Source: Nitrospinota bacterium
GTDB taxonomy: Bacteria; Nitrospinota; Nitrospinia; UBA9942
NCBI GenBank assembly: GCA_016200365.1
Contig: JACQEW010000070.1
Coordinates: forward strand, 1 to 35,971
Length of the DNA stretch: 35,971 nt
Reading direction: 5' to 3'
The notes beneath the pieces are model-generated. The model saw nothing but the letters and a program-made list of their open reading frames with translations. It did no database searches and was not told the origin of the DNA. The position numbers were made by a program, and so were the translations under genes. Shown one piece after another: positions 34,104 through 35,971 of the stretch (position 1 is the stretch's first letter; the number at the start of each line of letters is the position of its first letter).

Positions 34104-34132
34104 TTGACATATTCACTATATTAGTGTATTTA
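34104..34132 (+). promoter_or_regulatory. Candidate sigma70 promoter of the caspase-like gene
   Basis: TTGACA (34104-34109), a 17-nt spacer, then TATTTA (34127-34132). Confidence 0.4.
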
Positions 34133-34163
34133 TATGAAAACTTTATTTATGGAGGTGATTGTT

Positions 34164-35342
34164 ATGAAGGCAAATAAAATATCCTCTATCTTATTCTTCT
34201 TTTTCCTCATCACTCATTGCTCATTACTCATTGCTTTTTTCACCGGCTGTTCCTCCGACCCAAAAAAGCTCACCAAATTACAACTCATAGAATCGGGACT
34301 CTTTCGTAACTATCAAAAAGAAGAACTGCTAACACCCTTTAAAAAGACAGATGTCATCTACACACAGGACACACAAGCAGTCATGTGGATAAAACTAAAA
34401 GACATAGAAGGGAATCATACACTAAGATGGGACTGGCTCTCCCCTGACAAAAACATCTATTTCAAGACACAGGACTTTGAAATAAACCTCGATTCAAAGA
34501 AGCACAATCTAAATACATCAGTCCATAGAATCGGCATAAGAGGAGAGAGGGCAGAAAAACTAACAGGAGAATGGCAGGTCAATGTCTATCTGGATAACTA
34601 TCTTATAGCCTCCAGACACTTTAACCTATTACCCGGCATAGGAGACATAGACTCATACATAACAAAGGGTCCTGAAATTAGAATAAAACAGGACAAAACA
34701 AAATGGGCTGTCCTCATAGGAATAGAGAAATATAGAAACACTACACCAGCAACATACTCCTCACATGATGCCGTCCTAATGAAAGAATACCTCAGTAAAT
34801 TCGCAGGAGTCCCTGACGAAAATATCTTTCTAATGACAGATGACAAAGCAACCAAAAGTGAGATTGAGATGCTCATGCAGGACAGAATAAAAAAGCTCGT
34901 AAAAGAAGGAGACACACTCTATTTCTACTATGCAGGACACGGTATTCCTGATGTAGGAGACCAGACCCCATATATCCTCCCCTCGGACGGCAACCCGGAT
35001 AACCCAAGGATGAGTGGTTATCCATTAGAAAGACTCTACAAAGACCTCACAGACCTCAAGGCAAAGAATATCTATCTATTTATAGATGCCTGTTTTTCGG
35101 GTATGAGCGGCAGAGAGCAGAAAGATACCATGCTATTAGCAGGTCGTCCGGGGACACTCATAGTCAAAGACCCTGTCATAGCATCAGAAAAAATCGCCCT
35201 GCTTGCAGCATCGAGAGAGAACCAAATCAGCAACTTCTATAAAGAAGAAGAACATGGATTATTCACATACTATTTACTTAAAGGGATGATAGGAGAAGCT
35301 GACATAAATAGAGATAATAAGATTAACCCAAATAATGCGTGA
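34164..35342 (+). CDS. Caspase-like (peptidase C14) lipoprotein
   Basis: The ATG at 34164 has a GGAGGTG RBS. Lipobox-like FFTGC. The catalytic dyad context is YFYYAGHG and LFIDACFSG. The track start is 34134. Confidence 0.85.
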   Translation: MKANKISSILFFFFLITHCSLLIAFFTGCSSDPKKLTKLQLIESGLFRNYQKEELLTPFKKTDVIYTQDTQAVMWIKLKDIEGNHTLRWDWLSPDKNIYFKTQDFEINLDSKKHNLNTSVHRIGIRGERAEKLTGEWQVNVYLDNYLIASRHFNLLPGIGDIDSYITKGPEIRIKQDKTKWAVLIGIEKYRNTTPATYSSHDAVLMKEYLSKFAGVPDENIFLMTDDKATKSEIEMLMQDRIKKLVKEGDTLYFYYAGHGIPDVGDQTPYILPSDGNPDNPRMSGYPLERLYKDLTDLKAKNIYLFIDACFSGMSGREQKDTMLLAGRPGTLIVKDPVIASEKIALLAASRENQISNFYKEEEHGLFTYYLLKGMIGEADINRDNKINPNNA

Positions 35343-35356
35343 ATTTTAAAAACCCT

Positions 35357-35445
35357 GGTAGCCGCAGGCTTTAGCCTGCGATTGAATGCACTTAAAATGC
35401 GAATAAATTATCGGTAAGTAACGCACCCGTAAAGGGTGCGGCTAC
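35357..35445. repeat. Multi-stem element, copy 2
   Basis: GGTAGCCGCAGGCTTTAGCCTGCG, about 43 nt, then CACCCGTAAAGGGTGCGGCTAC. The terminal modules match 28120-28173 but the linker is longer. Confidence 0.75.
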
Positions 35446-35498
35446 AAACCAAATCCACTCGGAAGGGAGATAAATCCGATACTGGTAAATCTGGAATA

Positions 35499-35971
35499 AT
35501 GAATATTCACCGCAGAGACGCAAAGACGCAGAGAGAAACAATAAGGAGAAATGAGGAAAGAAAGGATTTCTTTTCTACATCTCCTAACCTTCTTTTTTTC
35601 TCCTTAATCTTTTTTTTGTTTTTATATTTCTCTGTGTCTCCGCGTCTCTGCGGTGAAACAGCCTTTGCCTCGGACTGTGACTGGGTAGAGGCAACAGGTG
35701 AAGCAGTCGTAGAAAATATCACCCCAGACGAAGCCAGACAACTTGCCATTAACCGGGCAAGAATATCAGCAATAGAAAGCAAGACAGGGGTAAAAGTTCA
35801 TGGCACAACAATGGTCAAAGACTATAACCTCATGGCAGATATAGTTCAAACACTATCTCAAGGCTATATCATAGACGAAAAGATTATCAAATGGGAGCAG
35901 GGAGAAGTCCCCCTTACTAAAGGGGGTCAGGGGGTTGTAATCCCCCTAACAACCTACAAAGTAAAATTAAG
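35499..35971 (+). CDS. Partial (3'-truncated by the window) exported protein, LPP20-like
   Basis: This open frame runs from the ATG at 35499 to the window end and is absent from the track because it has no stop. It translates as MNIHRRDAKTQRETIRRNEERKDFFSTSPNLLFFSLIFFLFLYFSVSPRLCGETAFASDC...DEARQLAINRARISAIESKTG. Confidence 0.6.
   Translation, partial: MNIHRRDAKTQRETIRRNEERKDFFSTSPNLLFFSLIFFLFLYFSVSPRLCGETAFASDCDWVEATGEAVVENITPDEARQLAINRARISAIESKTGVKVHGTTMVKDYNLMADIVQTLSQGYIIDEKIIKWEQGEVPLTKGGQGVVIPLTTYKVKL
35508..35655. repeat. Two-layer nested hairpin: GCAGAGA-type outer arms around a GGAGAAA-type inner hairpin
   Basis: CACCGCAGAGACGCAAAGACGCAGAGAGAAAC (35508-35539) faces TTCTCTGTGTCTCCGCGTCTCTGCGGTG (35628-35655). 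The inner purine and pyrimidine arms span 35541-35610. Confidence 0.8.
35906..35947. repeat. In-frame mini-palindrome encoding VPLTKGGQGVVIPL
   Basis: AGTCCCCCTTACTAAAGGGGGTCAGGGGGTTGT, followed by a second small hairpin AGGGGG-TTGTAAT-CCCCCT. Confidence 0.8.

Overview
Gene-dense, moderately AT-rich bacterial chromosomal window. It looks like an uncultivated respiratory anaerobe or microaerophile, but the taxon cannot be assigned without a database search. There are no rRNA or tRNA genes, CRISPR arrays, transposases or integrases. Coding content, left to right: (1) A Rieske/cytochrome b6-type quinol oxidase split into two convergent units: a CBS-pair::subunit-IV fusion plus a nonaheme cytochrome c on the + strand, and Rieske plus cytochrome b6-like on the - strand. 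(2) aspS, translationally coupled to an orphan HlyD/MacA-type adaptor. (3) A minus-strand string of LivJ-like binding lipoprotein, FGE/SUMF1-like protein, four-helix-bundle ('23S rRNA IVS') protein and Cache-HAMP histidine kinase. (4) A second FGE-like gene, small exported proteins and a monoheme cytochrome c. (5) A gldA/gldF/gldG-like ABC operon with a DUF4340-like gene. (6) An exported cytochrome c gene with a candidate sigma54 promoter, directly downstream of an NtrC-type activator gene. (7) An eight-gene plus-strand periplasmic thiol-redox/heme cluster: two TlpA-like thioredoxins, CcdA, a CcmH-like protein, a third FGE-like protein, two small heme-motif proteins and one unknown. (8) An ECF sigma / cytochrome c'-like / anti-sigma / transglutaminase-like operon. 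(9) A beta-helix::cytochrome c fusion. (10) An HTH gene divergent from a caspase-like lipoprotein, followed by a partial LPP20-like ORF. The most unusual signal is non-genic. Almost every gene junction carries long, imperfect, often concentrically nested hairpins built from a small vocabulary of mostly 7-nt tandem units, one arm purine-rich and the other pyrimidine-rich. Several of these hairpins lie inside 5' coding ends, where the two arms translate as the charged n-region and hydrophobic h-region of signal peptides, including those of c-type cytochromes that must be exported. A second, shorter palindromic element (C5-6TT..AAG5-6 plus a G-run) sits in frame inside four ORFs, including aspS. 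All domain calls come from motif recognition by eye, and gene starts are often ambiguous because of the repeats.
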